DNA of 64,000 bases from Rebecca billardiae RCC1528 (taxonomy: Eukaryota > Protista > Haptophyta): positions 2,728,001 to 2,792,000 of the forward strand of contig OZ251226.1 of assembly GCA_965240325.2 (NCBI GenBank). The letters run 5' to 3'. The notes under the pieces were generated by a model that was not told the origin of the DNA, did not search any database, and saw nothing but the letters and a program-made list of their open reading frames with translations. Position 1 is the stretch's first letter. Every line of letters begins with the position of its first letter. The translations under genes and the position numbers were made by a program. Below are positions 23,801 through 35,597 of this stretch, one piece after another.

Positions 23801-25038
23801 CGCCGCCGCGTCGGAGGAGGCGGCGCGGCTCGCTCGGCTGCACGACGAGCTGGCGCGCTCCTACCTGCAGCGGATCTGCGAGCTGGCGGCGGGCGGCGGG
23901 GAGGGGCGGGGGCACGCGCCGAGCGCGGAGGGCGCGCCCGCGCCGGAGGCCGGCGGGCCGGCGCAGCACCCGCCGCGCGGGCGGCAGCACGAGGCGGACG
24001 AGCTGCGCGCCGTGCGCGCGCGCTGCCGGAACTTTCTGGAAACGTCGCGCACGTACGACGCAGAGGCTCTGCTGGCCGCCTTCTCGGCGCGCGCCGCCGG
24101 TGAGGAGGGCGGTGTCGACGCGCGGACGGCGCATGTGCTCGCGCATGAGCGCGCCTTGCTGCTGCGCCGGCTCGGGCGGCACGAGGCCGCCCTGCGCGTG
24201 CTGCTCGACGAGCTTGGTGATCGCGAGGCCGCCGATGTGCGCGCCGCGCGCCGCCGCGCGCCGCCGCGTTCACGCGCCGCGAGGGCCCCGCGCGAGAGCG
24301 CGCACGCCGCTGCTCACAGCCCCGCGCCCCGTGCGCATGCTCGCGCCCCTGTGCGCGCAGGCCTACTGCCTCGCAGTCGACTCTGCCGGCTCGGCCGACG
24401 CAGCCGACGAGCCGCCGGCGGCGCCGGTGGCAGGCACCGAGGCCGAGGGCGCGGGCGCGGACGCAGCGCAAGGCGCGGGCGCAGACGCGCCCGCGCGCGC
24501 GCTCAGGCGCGCGGGCGCTCACGACGCGCTGCTCCGCGTGCTGCTGCGGCCGAGCGACGGCGGCGCGCCCGACGTGGAGGCCGCGCTGGCGGTGCTCCGC
24601 GCGCACGCCGCGCACGTCGACGCGGACGCCGCGCTGCGCCTGCTGCCCGCTGAGACGCCGCTCGCCCTCGTCTCCGGCTGGCTGCAGGGTGTGATGCGGC
24701 TGAGCGCGCACCAGACGCGCGCGCAGAGGGTTGCGCGCAGCATGCACAAGGCGGAGACGCTGCGGCTGCGCGCCGCGCTGGGCGAGGCGCGCGCGCGCTC
24801 GGTGCTCGTCAAGGCGGACACGCTGTGCGGCGTGTGCGCCAAGCCGATCAAGAGCGCCGCCTTCTGGGCGTACCCGAACGGCGTGGTCGTGCACGCGTGG
24901 TGCATGGCGCACGATCCGGACCCGCACGTGTGCCCCGTCACGCGCGAGGACTTCCGCAGGCGCGCGGCGGCGGTGAGGTCGGCGGGGCTCGGCGTGGCGC
25001 GCGCGGGCGCGCCGCCGGCGTTTGGCTTCCCCGGCTGA
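20898..25038 (+). CDS. VPS39: Vps39/Vam6-like (or TGFBRAP1-like) HOPS/CORVET subunit; introns 23085-23222 and 24237-24360
   Basis: CNH-like N-terminus (LIVGTTDGTLLVY, LSLSDG); VDTALFK; ELVALYQARGLHSHALALL; ERALLLRRLGRHEAAL; C-terminal CGVCAKPI...YPNGVVVHAWC. Confidence 0.85.
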
Positions 25039-25396
25039 GGCAGGCCGCCACCCGCCGGGCCAGGCGTGGCCGCCCCGCGTGGGGTGGCGTCGAGCTGCAA
25101 GTGCGTGCCGCTGCGCCTGCGGCCCACAGCCCGAGTGTCGTCTCTGCCGCTCTGCCCGTCTGGTGAGCAGACTGAGTGAGCGGAGAGTAGAGTGGCGTCA
25201 CAGGCACAGCGGCCTGGTCCCCAGGCCCAGGCGGCCAGGCCAGGGGCTGTGGCGCCGCTGATGAGTGCCTATGACTGGCGGCTGCGTGTGCGCAACGTTA
25301 GGCTTGTCGTCGTACAGCAGTAACTAGCTACTGAAGACTTACCCGTATTTAGTCGATACTGGTATAGGGCTTATTACTTGTACGGCGCGCAAAAAA

Positions 25397-26500
25397 ATGG
25401 CGGGCCCGGGCGGGACGGCCGTTTGTCCGGCGCGGCATGCGCTGCTGCTGGCGGCGGTGCTGTGCGGCGGCGGCCGCGCACGCGCGGCCGACGGGCCCTC
25501 AGATGAGCCGTGGAGCTTTGCCATCGACGCGCCCGACTGGCGCGAGCCGGACTGGTCGGCGCTCGATCGGCTCGGCTTTGTCGTCGTGCGCGGCTGGGTC
25601 CGCGCAGACGTGGCGGCGTGGAGCCGGCGGCTGGGCGACAACTGGGTGAGGAACGTGCTCGCGACCGCGGTGCCCGGCACGTACGCACCGCCCGTGCCCG
25701 CGATGGCGAGCACCGAGGCGGCGGTCCTCAGGCTCCTCCGCGCGATCCGCGCGTCGCCGCGCACGCCGCTGCGGCCGGACACGATCGTCCACTTCGACAT
25801 CGAGCGGCCGCGCGGCTACCCGCCGACGCGGCCCAACTGCACGGCGGGCATGAGCCTCTACTTTCACAACGGCCTGCCCCCCGCCGCCTCCGGCGTGCGC
25901 CCCCAACCCAAGTACGCCTTCCACACCGACACGCTGCCGTCGTGGGGCCGCTTCATGCCGCCGCGCGGCGGCGCCGACCTGCTCAACCTCTACCTGCCCG
26001 TGCTCAAGCCGAGCAAGGAGGACAGCAACCTGGTCCTGCTGCCCTGGGCGGCGGTGCCCGACGCCGATCGCCGGTGGCTCGAAGGCCGCCTCGGCCGCAT
26101 CTACCTCCCCGAGCGCAACGGCTCCTCGTGGCTCTTTGAGAAGCACGACATGAGCTGCACGCGCACAGTGCAGCCCACGGGCCGGAGGCTGCCGGGCGCC
26201 CTCTTCGCGCGGAGCGTGTCGCCCTCGCTGGCGGCCGGTGACATGCTCATCGTGCGGGGCGACACGCTGCACAAGTCGGGGCACAGCGACCCGACGCGCT
26301 TCCGGCTCGCGCTCTCGATGCGCGCGAGCGCGCGCACGTTCGAGGCCGGCGAGCGCGCGATGGGGCGGCGCGCCGTGTGCATGAAGCGCACCGGCCGGCC
26401 CTACCCCAAGGTCACGTGCGTGCAGGGCGGGCGCGCGCTCGTGCGGGACAGGGGCTACGCCAGCCAAGCCGACCTCATCCTCGACGACTACGCGCGCTAG
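25397..26500 (+). CDS. Secreted PhyH-like Fe(II)/2-oxoglutarate dioxygenase-fold protein
   Basis: Signal-like peptide; LDRLGFVVVRG; FHTD...LNLYLPV...LAAGDMLIVRGDTLHKS...RLALSMR. Confidence 0.75.
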   Translation: MAGPGGTAVCPARHALLLAAVLCGGGRARAADGPSDEPWSFAIDAPDWREPDWSALDRLGFVVVRGWVRADVAAWSRRLGDNWVRNVLATAVPGTYAPPVPAMASTEAAVLRLLRAIRASPRTPLRPDTIVHFDIERPRGYPPTRPNCTAGMSLYFHNGLPPAASGVRPQPKYAFHTDTLPSWGRFMPPRGGADLLNLYLPVLKPSKEDSNLVLLPWAAVPDADRRWLEGRLGRIYLPERNGSSWLFEKHDMSCTRTVQPTGRRLPGALFARSVSPSLAAGDMLIVRGDTLHKSGHSDPTRFRLALSMRASARTFEAGERAMGRRAVCMKRTGRPYPKVTCVQGGRALVRDRGYASQADLILDDYAR

Positions 26501-26677
26501 CGGCGCCAAGTGGCGGCCGGTGCCGACTCTGATGGTGATGAGACGACTACTGGGGGCACAGTCCCCGACCGCAACATCGGCCCGCCGCAGCGTGAGCGGG
26601 GCGGTACACGACATTTGTCAAGGCTCCGCGCGAGATAAATGCTTTTGATTTTTGGTCGACTACTCGATGCCGCAAGT

Positions 26678-26765
26678 AACGGACCGCTATACCATATATA
26701 TACCGTGCGAGAACTGTGACGACGAGTAAACGGACCGCTATACCATATATATACCGTGCGAGAAC
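26678..26765 (+). repeat. 37-bp direct repeat, two copies
   Basis: aacggaccgctataccatatatataccgtgcgagaac occurs twice. Confidence 0.85.
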
Positions 26766-26962
26766 GACGCGAGTAATAAAATTTGCTCATCAGATGATGG
26801 CGGCGCTTGATGCTAAACTAACCGTATGACTAGTCCGTACTAAGTCTCTCGTCACGTACGTTCTCTGCTGCTTAGCTGCTCTCTCTCATCCGTCTAAATC
26901 TGATGCGCGCTCTCTCTCAGTCTCTACTACCGTAGCTACTCTCCGACACCGTTGATAGGCTG

Positions 26963-27080
<118 letters not shown>

Positions 27081-27831
27081 TCACTACTTACTGTCTTAAA
27101 CCGCTGTCTGTGAGTACTGAGTGTGACTCGGACTACTGTCAGTTTAAGCTACTGACTGAGACTCGGTAACTAAGTGTAAGTGTCCGGGCGTAGCCTCTGG
27201 CGCTACAGACAGCTAGCACGGAGTATACGACGTACTCGGTAGCAGCTGCTAAGACTATAAGTATAACATGCACAGCAGTGGCTGCCAGAGTACAGTACAG
27301 TCGTAGGCTACTCATCAGCTCATCGATCGTCATATGCAGGCCTCCGCCGTTCCCGTAAAGTGCCGGCATCATGGATGATCATCAAATCATCATGACGACG
27401 AGTTGAATCATCATCGCATCATCACGCTTCGAACAGCGCCACACCGAAGACACGGACGCTCGTGGTCGGTTATCGAAACGGCGAGGCGTCCGCACGGCAT
27501 AGGATTCACTGAGTACAAATGGCATATGCGAGTGAGTACTTCTCCACACATTCTTGTAGGTTGCCCTAGGAGGCCGGTTTGTATGAAAGTAATCCGCCCC
27601 ACGGCCACATACAAAGAATCGAGATCGCGCGCGCGAACAATATGTCCTATTTGCCAATACGGTAGAAGAGTCGGGGCGGGGGGAGCATCAGGTAAATAAA
27701 GCAGTGTGTTGTGCGTCAGCAGAATGAGTGACTACTGACTAGTGAGAATGCATCACCGTAGTATATCATGTAGTCATCACATCATCGCGGCACATCAGTC
27801 GATATCTAATATAAGTCGACTCTACGACTCG

Positions 27832-27932
<101 letters not shown>

Positions 27933-28099
27933 GTACGTACGTTATTGGGCGCACGTCGGGGCCTAGGCTGCGCCTGCGCCCGCTAGGCTCGGCCAGTCAA
28001 TGGCAGCCTGAGCCTGGCTGCCAGGTCGTAGTCGAGGTGGCGGGCCGGCCCCCCGGAGGACCGCTGCTTGGTCGTTCGCGTGCAAAACCGCCGATCTGC

Positions 28100-29731
28100 T
28101 CAGCAACGGTCCACGTCCATGGCACTCGTCCCACCACCGCTCCTGCTGCCGCCGTCGCGCTCGCAGGCGCCGTCATCCGCTGCCGCAGTGGCACCCGCAT
28201 CGCCGCCGCTGGATGCCTCCGCGCGGGCGCCTTCGGCACGGCCGATGCGCACACGCGGCCCGTCGCGGGAGCACTCGCCGGTCGGCTCGACCTCCAGTCC
28301 CATCCGCCGGACCATGCGCTCGCGGTACGCCCTGGTCAGTCCGCCGCCCTCGTGCGCGTGCGACCACTCCGCCACCGTGCCGTCAAACGAGCAGCTGAGC
28401 AGCTGCATCTCATGCGGGTGCCACGAGCACGCGCGCACCGGCGCGCGGTGGAAGTGGAGCGTGTCGACGGCGCGGCCGTCGAGCACGTCGTACACGTGGA
28501 TCACGCCGTCCTGCGAGCCCGTGTACACGTACCGCTGCGCGGTCGTCGGCTCGGGCGAGAAGGCGCAGCGCACGAGCGTCTCGAGCACGCGGTGGCCGCA
28601 GCAGCGCAGGAGGGAGACGTCGTGCGGGTGGCGCGCGGCGCTCGGCTCCGCGCCGCCGGGCCACTCCTGCCAGCGGTAGTCCCACGCGTACGCGCGCGGC
28701 ACGTGCGGCAGCGCGGCGTGCTCGCGCGCCGAGAGCATCTTGCGCACGTCCCACAGCCGCAGCGTCTGGTCCTTGCCGTTCGTCGCGGCGAGGCGGCCGT
28801 CGGCGCGCGCGGCCACAGACGTGAGGCCGTCGGTGTGGCCCGGCAGCACGCCCGCGGCGCAGCTGTGGGCGCGCGCGTCCCACAGCTTGAGCAGCCGGTC
28901 GTCGGACGCGGTGAAGAGCAGCTGGCCGGATGCGTCGGCGAACGCCACCGCGTTCACGTCGTCGGCGTGCAGCCGCGCGAGCTGCGTCAGCGAGCGCCGC
29001 TCAATGTCCAGGATGCGCGCGCTGCCGTCGTTCGCGCCTACCGCGAGCGTGCGCCCGTCCGCGGAGGCGGCGACGGACCACACGCCGAGCGCGTCGTGCT
29101 CCGCCGCGTTCCGCGCGACGCACAGCGAGTCGTACCCCTCGCCCACGCCGTGTTGCGCGTCCGCGCCCGCGGCCGTGCGCCGCTCAGCCCCGGGCGGCTC
29201 GGTGCGCCCCAGCTGCACCAGCTGCAGCTCAGACGAGATCGTCGAGAGCGCGAGCAGCCGACGGTCGGGCGTGGTGGCCGTGTCCGTGACCGTCCAGCAG
29301 AGGTCGGGAACGCGGATGTCTCGCACCAGCCGCCACGTCTGCGTGTCGTACACGCGCACGCGCCTGTCCTGGAAGCCGACGATAAGCAGCGCGCCGTCGG
29401 CCGAGTGCTCGCACGTGTACGCACGGCTCTCCATCGCGTCGACGAGGCGGAGGCCGCGGTTGGGGCGGAAGGCGGCGAGCGTGCGCACGCGCTCGCCGCG
29501 GCTCAGCCCACCGCACACCCGCCCCAAGCCCTCCGTCCGCCCACGCATCCCGATCGCGCGGTCGCTGAGCATGCGGTGCAGCGAACAGAGCTTGTTGGCG
29601 ATGGGGCACGAATGCCCGCGCGGCGCGCCCGAGTCGAGGAGCAGCTTCTGGCCCAGATCAGTGCCCTGCAAGGTGATCGGCACATCCTGCCCCGATGACT
29701 CCTGCCGGTACGCCGCGCGCGTGCGCACCAT
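28100..29731 (-). CDS. DCAF11: WD40 protein, DCAF11/WDR23/LEC14B family (CUL4-DDB1 substrate receptor)
   Basis: HADDVNAVAFAD, GHTDGLT, NGKDQTLRLWDVRKM, WDYRW and GHRVLETLVRCAFSP..TAQRYVYTGSQDG. Confidence 0.88.
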   Translation of the reverse strand: MVRTRAAYRQESSGQDVPITLQGTDLGQKLLLDSGAPRGHSCPIANKLCSLHRMLSDRAIGMRGRTEGLGRVCGGLSRGERVRTLAAFRPNRGLRLVDAMESRAYTCEHSADGALLIVGFQDRRVRVYDTQTWRLVRDIRVPDLCWTVTDTATTPDRRLLALSTISSELQLVQLGRTEPPGAERRTAAGADAQHGVGEGYDSLCVARNAAEHDALGVWSVAASADGRTLAVGANDGSARILDIERRSLTQLARLHADDVNAVAFADASGQLLFTASDDRLLKLWDARAHSCAAGVLPGHTDGLTSVAARADGRLAATNGKDQTLRLWDVRKMLSAREHAALPHVPRAYAWDYRWQEWPGGAEPSAARHPHDVSLLRCCGHRVLETLVRCAFSPEPTTAQRYVYTGSQDGVIHVYDVLDGRAVDTLHFHRAPVRACSWHPHEMQLLSCSFDGTVAEWSHAHEGGGLTRAYRERMVRRMGLEVEPTGECSRDGPRVRIGRAEGARAEASSGGDAGATAAADDGACERDGGSRSGGGTSAMDVDRC

Positions 29732-29917
29732 CGCCGTCGCGCAGCGTCTCGGCCCCACTCTCGGCGAACAGCGCCGGCCACTGCTGTTGCTGGCGAATCA
29801 TCGACGAATCTGGGTAGCCGTCGCTTTTTCGGGCGACGTGCAAGATTTGACCGGCTACGAATAATGATGAGACGAAAATAGCGCGCGCGCATCGGATCGT
29901 CATCTCACGCGTCAAGC

Positions 29918-30898
29918 ATGGCGTCGTCCTCCGCGCGGGCGGAGGATGCAGAGGATGACTTGATGGCCTTTCCTTGGCGCATCTGCCTCGCGGGAGGCTG
30001 GCTGGACCAGCCGTGGGTGTCAAAACTCTGTGCTGGGCCGGTCATCGTGGTGAACATACGGCCCCATCCGCAGTTCAAGACGCGATCTGGGCTCGCGACG
30101 TCAACGCGTGCACTCGGCATCGAGCTGTGGGGCACCATGGCGGGCGGAGCGCCCCCCGCTGACGTGGCTCCCGAGCGTCTCGCGCGGCTACTATTCAACG
30201 TGGAGAACCCTGTGGGCTGCACGTACGTGTCCGGCTCCCAGGACGCCCTCGGCCTGATGCTGCCGGGCATCAACCGACTGGACTACGCGGGCGACTACTG
30301 GCCTGCCTCGACGGAGCACCTCGCGAGCCCCGAGAGCCAGGCCTGGCTGCAGCGTGTTCTCTGGCTGGTGCCGTTGCCGTCGCGCCCACCGGGCTACGAC
30401 CCCCTCGCACGCCAGAACATCACCTTCGCGGGGGTGCGTCGGCTCGCCGACGCGAGCGAGGACGCGTGGGCGGCCATCGTGGAGCGCGACGCCGCGCGGC
30501 TGGGCAGCGCCCTCTCGCACACGATGGGCGCGTGGAAGGAGCTGCTGCCCGAGACCGTGCCGGATGACCTCGAGTCGGAGTGCGCAGACTACATGCGACG
30601 ACACCACGGCTGCCTCTTCAGCGGCGCGGGCGGCGGCTTCCTCCTCGTGATCGCGGACGAGGGCGCGCACGTCAAGGGCGGCTTCCAAGTGGAGATCACC
30701 ACACGCCGGAGCACAACCGCAGCGGCCGCGCCCGCAGGCTCGCCTGGCGCGAAGGTGTCAGCTGCCGCGACGTCCTCGAGCGGACGGCACCCCGTGGCTG
30801 CCACGGCTTTGAGCGACTTGCTAGGCCAGCTCCTCATCGGCTTGTGCCTTATGCTGCTGCTCATACTGGGGGGGCGCGTAATGTGGCTTCGCGTCTGA
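29918..30898 (+). CDS. GHMP-kinase-like protein with C-terminal transmembrane anchor
   Basis: PWRICLAGGWLDQP, RSGLATST, SGSQDA and SGAGGGFLL motifs; hydrophobic tail LLIGLCLMLLLILGG. Confidence 0.75.
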   Translation: MASSSARAEDAEDDLMAFPWRICLAGGWLDQPWVSKLCAGPVIVVNIRPHPQFKTRSGLATSTRALGIELWGTMAGGAPPADVAPERLARLLFNVENPVGCTYVSGSQDALGLMLPGINRLDYAGDYWPASTEHLASPESQAWLQRVLWLVPLPSRPPGYDPLARQNITFAGVRRLADASEDAWAAIVERDAARLGSALSHTMGAWKELLPETVPDDLESECADYMRRHHGCLFSGAGGGFLLVIADEGAHVKGGFQVEITTRRSTTAAAAPAGSPGAKVSAAATSSSGRHPVAATALSDLLGQLLIGLCLMLLLILGGRVMWLRV

Positions 30899-31424
30899 CT
30901 CCTGAGGCTTCATCGTGCAGTCTTAAAATGAGACTGCAGGCGCCCGGTCTAGCTAGTACTGTATTAGTAGTACAAGCAGCATCAGTTTGCCCTACGTGAC
31001 GAAGCAGTGTGCTGGTGCCGACTGCCCGACTGGGACCGCGCGAGCAGCACGAGCGCGCGCGGCGCCGTCACGGGGCCGCGCGCCCAGCGGCAGCTGGCTC
31101 GACGGTGGCGCGGCCGGCGGCACCGCCCCCGCGCCACCTCGCTCGCCGACGCCGAGCCGGAGCTGAGCGTGCACGTGTGCTTCAGCGGCCCGCGCGCGCT
31201 GCTCACCCGCGTCCTCCCGCCGTACGCCGCGCCGCCCGCGCTCAGCGCGCTCGAGCTCACTGGTAGTAACACTGTCGCGCGCGGCGGCACGTGGGCGCGC
31301 GCAGTCGAGCTGTCCCGCTGAGCCGACGAATCGATGTAGGTCGCCTTCACACGCGGTGTGTACTGGGTGTGCGGGTTCTTCGGTCTTCTGTTTGGTGATG
31401 TATGTGCGCGATGTAGGCGCGAGC

Positions 31425-34400
31425 TCAGACGGCCTCGACCGCGGCGGCGCTCGCGGGCGTGGCGTCGTGCAGCGAGGGCTCGCCGGCGACGCTCTTCTTG
31501 GCATCGTGCACGGCGCGGCGCGCCCTCTCAGCGCGCCGCACGCCGACCACGGCGATGGCGGCCAGGGTGACGACCGCGACCGCAGCGACGAGCAGGACGG
31601 CGTCAACGGCCGCGCTCGGGAGGCCCTGGACGGCCATCCGGCGGCCGAGCACGTGGCGCCCCGAGCACCGGCCGTTCAGCCAGCACGTGAAGCGCAGGAT
31701 CTCGGAGCTGAGCGCGAGGCGCTGCGCAGCGCGGCGCCGCGCGTGGCGCGCGCGCAGCGCACACGGGAGGCGGGGTGTACGGTCAGCCCGCGCGTGGAGC
31801 CGGAGGGAGCGGCTGGTGGCTGCCGTGAGGACGCGGCGCTCCCCTCCCGCGCTGGGCCCCGCCCTGCGCCCGCCGGGCGGCGGCGCGTCGCCACGCGGTC
31901 GACGGCGCCGTCGAGCTGTGCGCGGCGGCGCACCCAGAGCGAGAGACCGCACTGCGCGAACGAGTCGCACACGCGGGTCGAGCCGTCCCTCTCGGGCCGC
32001 GCCTTCAGCTTCTTCTTGATGAGCTTGTCGAGGCCGACGTCGTACTCCACCACCTTGTCGCGGCGGTCGTAGTAGATGCGGTCGTACGTGCCCTGCGCCG
32101 CGTAGATCTTGTCCGCGCCGACGCCACCGTCGATGATGTTGTAGCCCACGCCCGCGGTGATGATGTCGTTGCCGACCCCGCCGTAGAGGTCGTTGTACAC
32201 GCTGCCGTCGGTCTTGCCGCCTTTGCCGATGTTGCCTCCCGTGATCACGTCGTCGCCGTCGCCGCCGTCGATCACGTTGACCGCGGACGGCGCATACCCG
32301 GACTTGCCCGCGCCGCCGCCACCGTCGCCGCCGGTGAGCACGTCGTCGCCAGAGCCGCCTGCGCGCGGGAGGCAGCAGGCGCATCGCGCCGCGCCGGCGC
32401 AGGGGAGCAGGGGCGTCAGCGCCTCGCCGGGAGGTTGAAGCCGCTGCAGCGCGGCGCGCGACGCCGCGAGCGCTCGCGCGGCGCGGGCGCCGCGCACCGT
32501 CCAGCACGTTCAAGACGGCGCCACCCGTGCCATCGTCATAGCTGTAGCCGGCATCGCCGCCGCGCGCGTAGTCATCGCCGCGCCCGCCGTAGAGGTAGTT
32601 GTACGCGTCGCCCGCGACGCCGCTCTTCCGGCTCACGCCGCCGTCGCCGCCGTACAGCGCGTCGTCGCCAACGCCGCCGGACGCGCGCGTGACGGCGTCG
32701 CCGCCGTAGCCAAAGTCTTTCTTGAGCTCGATCTGCGTTCCATAACGGTCATTAATGAAGATGGAAGTACCACCGTCAAATGGGGTGGAGAAGTGTGCGC
32801 GCCCAGCTGTGTCGCCGTAGGGATCGTAATTGTAAGCGGCGTCGCCGCCGCTGCCTCCGCGCAGCACGTCGTCGCCACGGCCGCCGACCAGCTCGCTGAG
32901 CGCGTCGCCGCCAGTCGCGCGCGTGTCGGCCCAGCCGCCGTCGCCCGCGATGAGCTCGTCGTCGCCGCTGCCGCCGACCAGCGTGTTCGTCGCGTCGCCG
33001 CCGTAAGCGTCGTCCCATGCAAAGCCGGCGCCGCCCGCCTCCAGCCGGTCGTCGCCGTCCCCACCGAAGAGAACGTTCTGAGCGTCGCCACCGACCGTGT
33101 CCCACGTGCCGCCGTTGATCTTGGCGTAAACCCTCTGCGAATACTCTTGACTAGTCATGGAGCCAGCTCCAAAGCCTTCCCATGCCTGCGCGCGGCGGCG
33201 GGCGCGCGGCGGTGCAGGTGAGCGCGCCGCCCAGCACCGACTGGCGCAAGCGCTGCGCCGGGATGGCGTCGCAGGGCGGGTGCGGATGCGCGGCGGGCGG
33301 GCGGGCGCGCGGTGCGGCACCAACGCGCGGCGCGCACCCAGCCAGCGTCGCCACCGCGCATGTCGTCGTCACCGAGGCCACCGAAGAGCGTGTTCTGCAC
33401 GTCGCCGCCGGTGGTGCCCTCCCAGGTCCAGCCGCCCAGGCCGCCGTGGATGTAGTCGTTGCCCACGCCTCCGTGAATCGTGTTCTGCACATCGCCGCCC
33501 TTCGCGAACTCCCACGCCCAGCCGCCCTCGCCGCCGTAGAGCCGGTCGTCGCCTTGCCCGCCGCGGATGTCGTTGACCACGCTGCCGCCGGTGCCCTTGG
33601 GCGCATCGGGGCCGTAACTGTACGTGTCCCACGCCCAGCCGGCCTCGCCGCCAAAGATGATGCTGCGCGGGCGTGGGCGCAGCGGCGCGCGGGTGGCGGA
33701 CGCGCGCGGCGGCAGGCGCGCGGCGTGAGATCGCGCCGCCTGCGCGGGCGGGCTGCGGCGGGCTCGGCCACGGGCGCGCCGTACGCGGAGAGCGCACGCG
33801 AGGCGCGCACTCGTCGCCCTCGCCGCCGTGCAGGGTGGAGTGGGCGTCGCCGCCGAGGCCCTGCTTATAACCCCAGCCACCGACGCTGCCGACGAGGTAG
33901 TCGTCGCCGCTTCCGCCGTTGAGGCGCGTGATCGCGTCGCCGCCCTTGGCGGTCGGCTCCCAATTGCCAGCGCCGGCGTAGCCAGCACGCAGGTAGTCAT
34001 TGCCCGCGCCGCCGTCGACGACGAGCGTGCCGTCGCCACCGATGGTGTCGCGGAGGTTGGCGTACGTCGGGTAGTCGTAGGTCCACGCGCTGCCGCCCTG
34101 GCTGAAGCCTCTGTCAAAATTGACAGTGTCGTCGCCGTCCCCGGCGTTGATCTTGGTGTAGAGGTTGCCCCCCGTCCCGCCGTACCAGGCGAACCCAGCT
34201 GCGCACGGCGCGCAGACATGGGCGCACGGCGCGCGCGGCGCGAGGTGGCGCGGTCAGGCGGCCTGCTGAGGCGGGGCGCGAGCACGCCGCTGGGTGCACG
34301 CGGGGCGAGCGCGCAGCCGCTGCGCTGTCTCACAGCGCGCTTACCAAAGCCAGTGTTGATTTCGTCATCGCCCGCGCCGGCATTCACGATGAAGGTGGTG

Positions 34401-34981
34401 TCGCCGCCGGTCGCGCCCCTCCAGTCGGCGTCTCCGGCGTTGCCCGATTTGATGTAGTCGTCGCCATCGCCGGCGTTGATGAGGCCGTACGTGTCGCCGC
34501 CGATGGCGCCGTAGGAGGCGTAGCCGTGGTGGGTATCGGCGTTGATATCGTCGTCGCCACCGCCGGAATCGACGCGCACGTAGAGATCGCCGCTCTGCGA
34601 TCCGGCGCCCGTGGCGTACCCGCCCAAAACCGTGTCAATGTCGTCGTCGCCGGCGCCGGTGTAGATGCGCTGCGTCCTGTCGCCGCCGGTGCCGCCGTTG
34701 AACGCGTAGCCGTACTCATTTCCATTCATCGACGACGCCGACGACACGACGTTTTCGCCGTCGCCCGCGAGGATCGTGGTGATCGTGTCCGAGCCGCTGC
34801 CGCCATCGCCCACACCCGCACGCGCGCCGTCGTAGATGGTGTCGTCCCCGGCGCCGTAGGTGACGGTGGTCAGCGACCGGCGCGCATCCGGGGTGCGCAC
34901 ACTGGCAGTGCCAGCGACGGGGGGCGCTGCCGACAAAGTGGCCACTGCCGCGAACAGCGCTGCGATGCGCGCGAACGCCAT
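31425..34981 (-). CDS. Secreted, membrane-anchored RTX-like (hemolysin-type Ca-binding GGxGxD repeat) protein, about 5 introns
   Basis: Signal MAFARIAALFAAVATLSA; many GGxGDDx(L/I)xGG repeats across exons; C-terminal hydrophobic AVLLVAAVAVVTLAAIAVVGV followed by RR. Confidence 0.85.
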
Positions 34982-35597
34982 GATGCCCGCCTGTTCGTGC
35001 TAGCGAAGCCTGACGCGGGCTCGACCAGGTAGCCCACCGGCGCGAGCCGAAAACTGCTATGAACGCCGCCCGCCCCCGCGCGGCTCGGTGCTATGAAGTG
35101 ACCAACATTTGATGACAATCACCGAGATGATTGGTTGGTCGTCCGGGTGATTAGTCCGCGGCTCACGGCCGCCGGCCGGTAGGCATTATGATGTGGAATC
35201 GATTTAGTTCCGAGGCGGTGTGACGAACTGTCCAAAGGCATACTGCATATGATTAAGGGGGCGGTGGGTGGGTAGTAGCTAGTAGTACAAAAGGTATTTG
35301 CGCCGGACTACGGCTCTTCATGATGATGACTGATGACGAGTCCGTTGCATCCGGACAAGGATTCTTCTGTCGTGTCAGACTGTCATAAATCGATCTGCGA
35401 CGAAACCTTGGCTCTAAGCCGATTGGTCCGCGCCTCAAGGCCCATAGCAATGTGTCAGTTACGACCAGATTTACGACCACTTTGGCGACACCGCATTGGG
35501 CGGCCGCCCCAATTCTTCGAATTGATGAGCCGCCTGAGTTTCGTCGCAGATCGCTTTATCAGTGACAAGCCCTTCTTGACACTGTGAAGGCGATTAG

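Noticed and set aside
26678-26765. CRISPR-like repeat
   Set aside because: Only two units, spacer too short, eukaryotic context and no cas genes.
31007-31321. Coding-like fragment between convergent genes
   Set aside because: No credible start, splice context or family; at most an orphan remnant.
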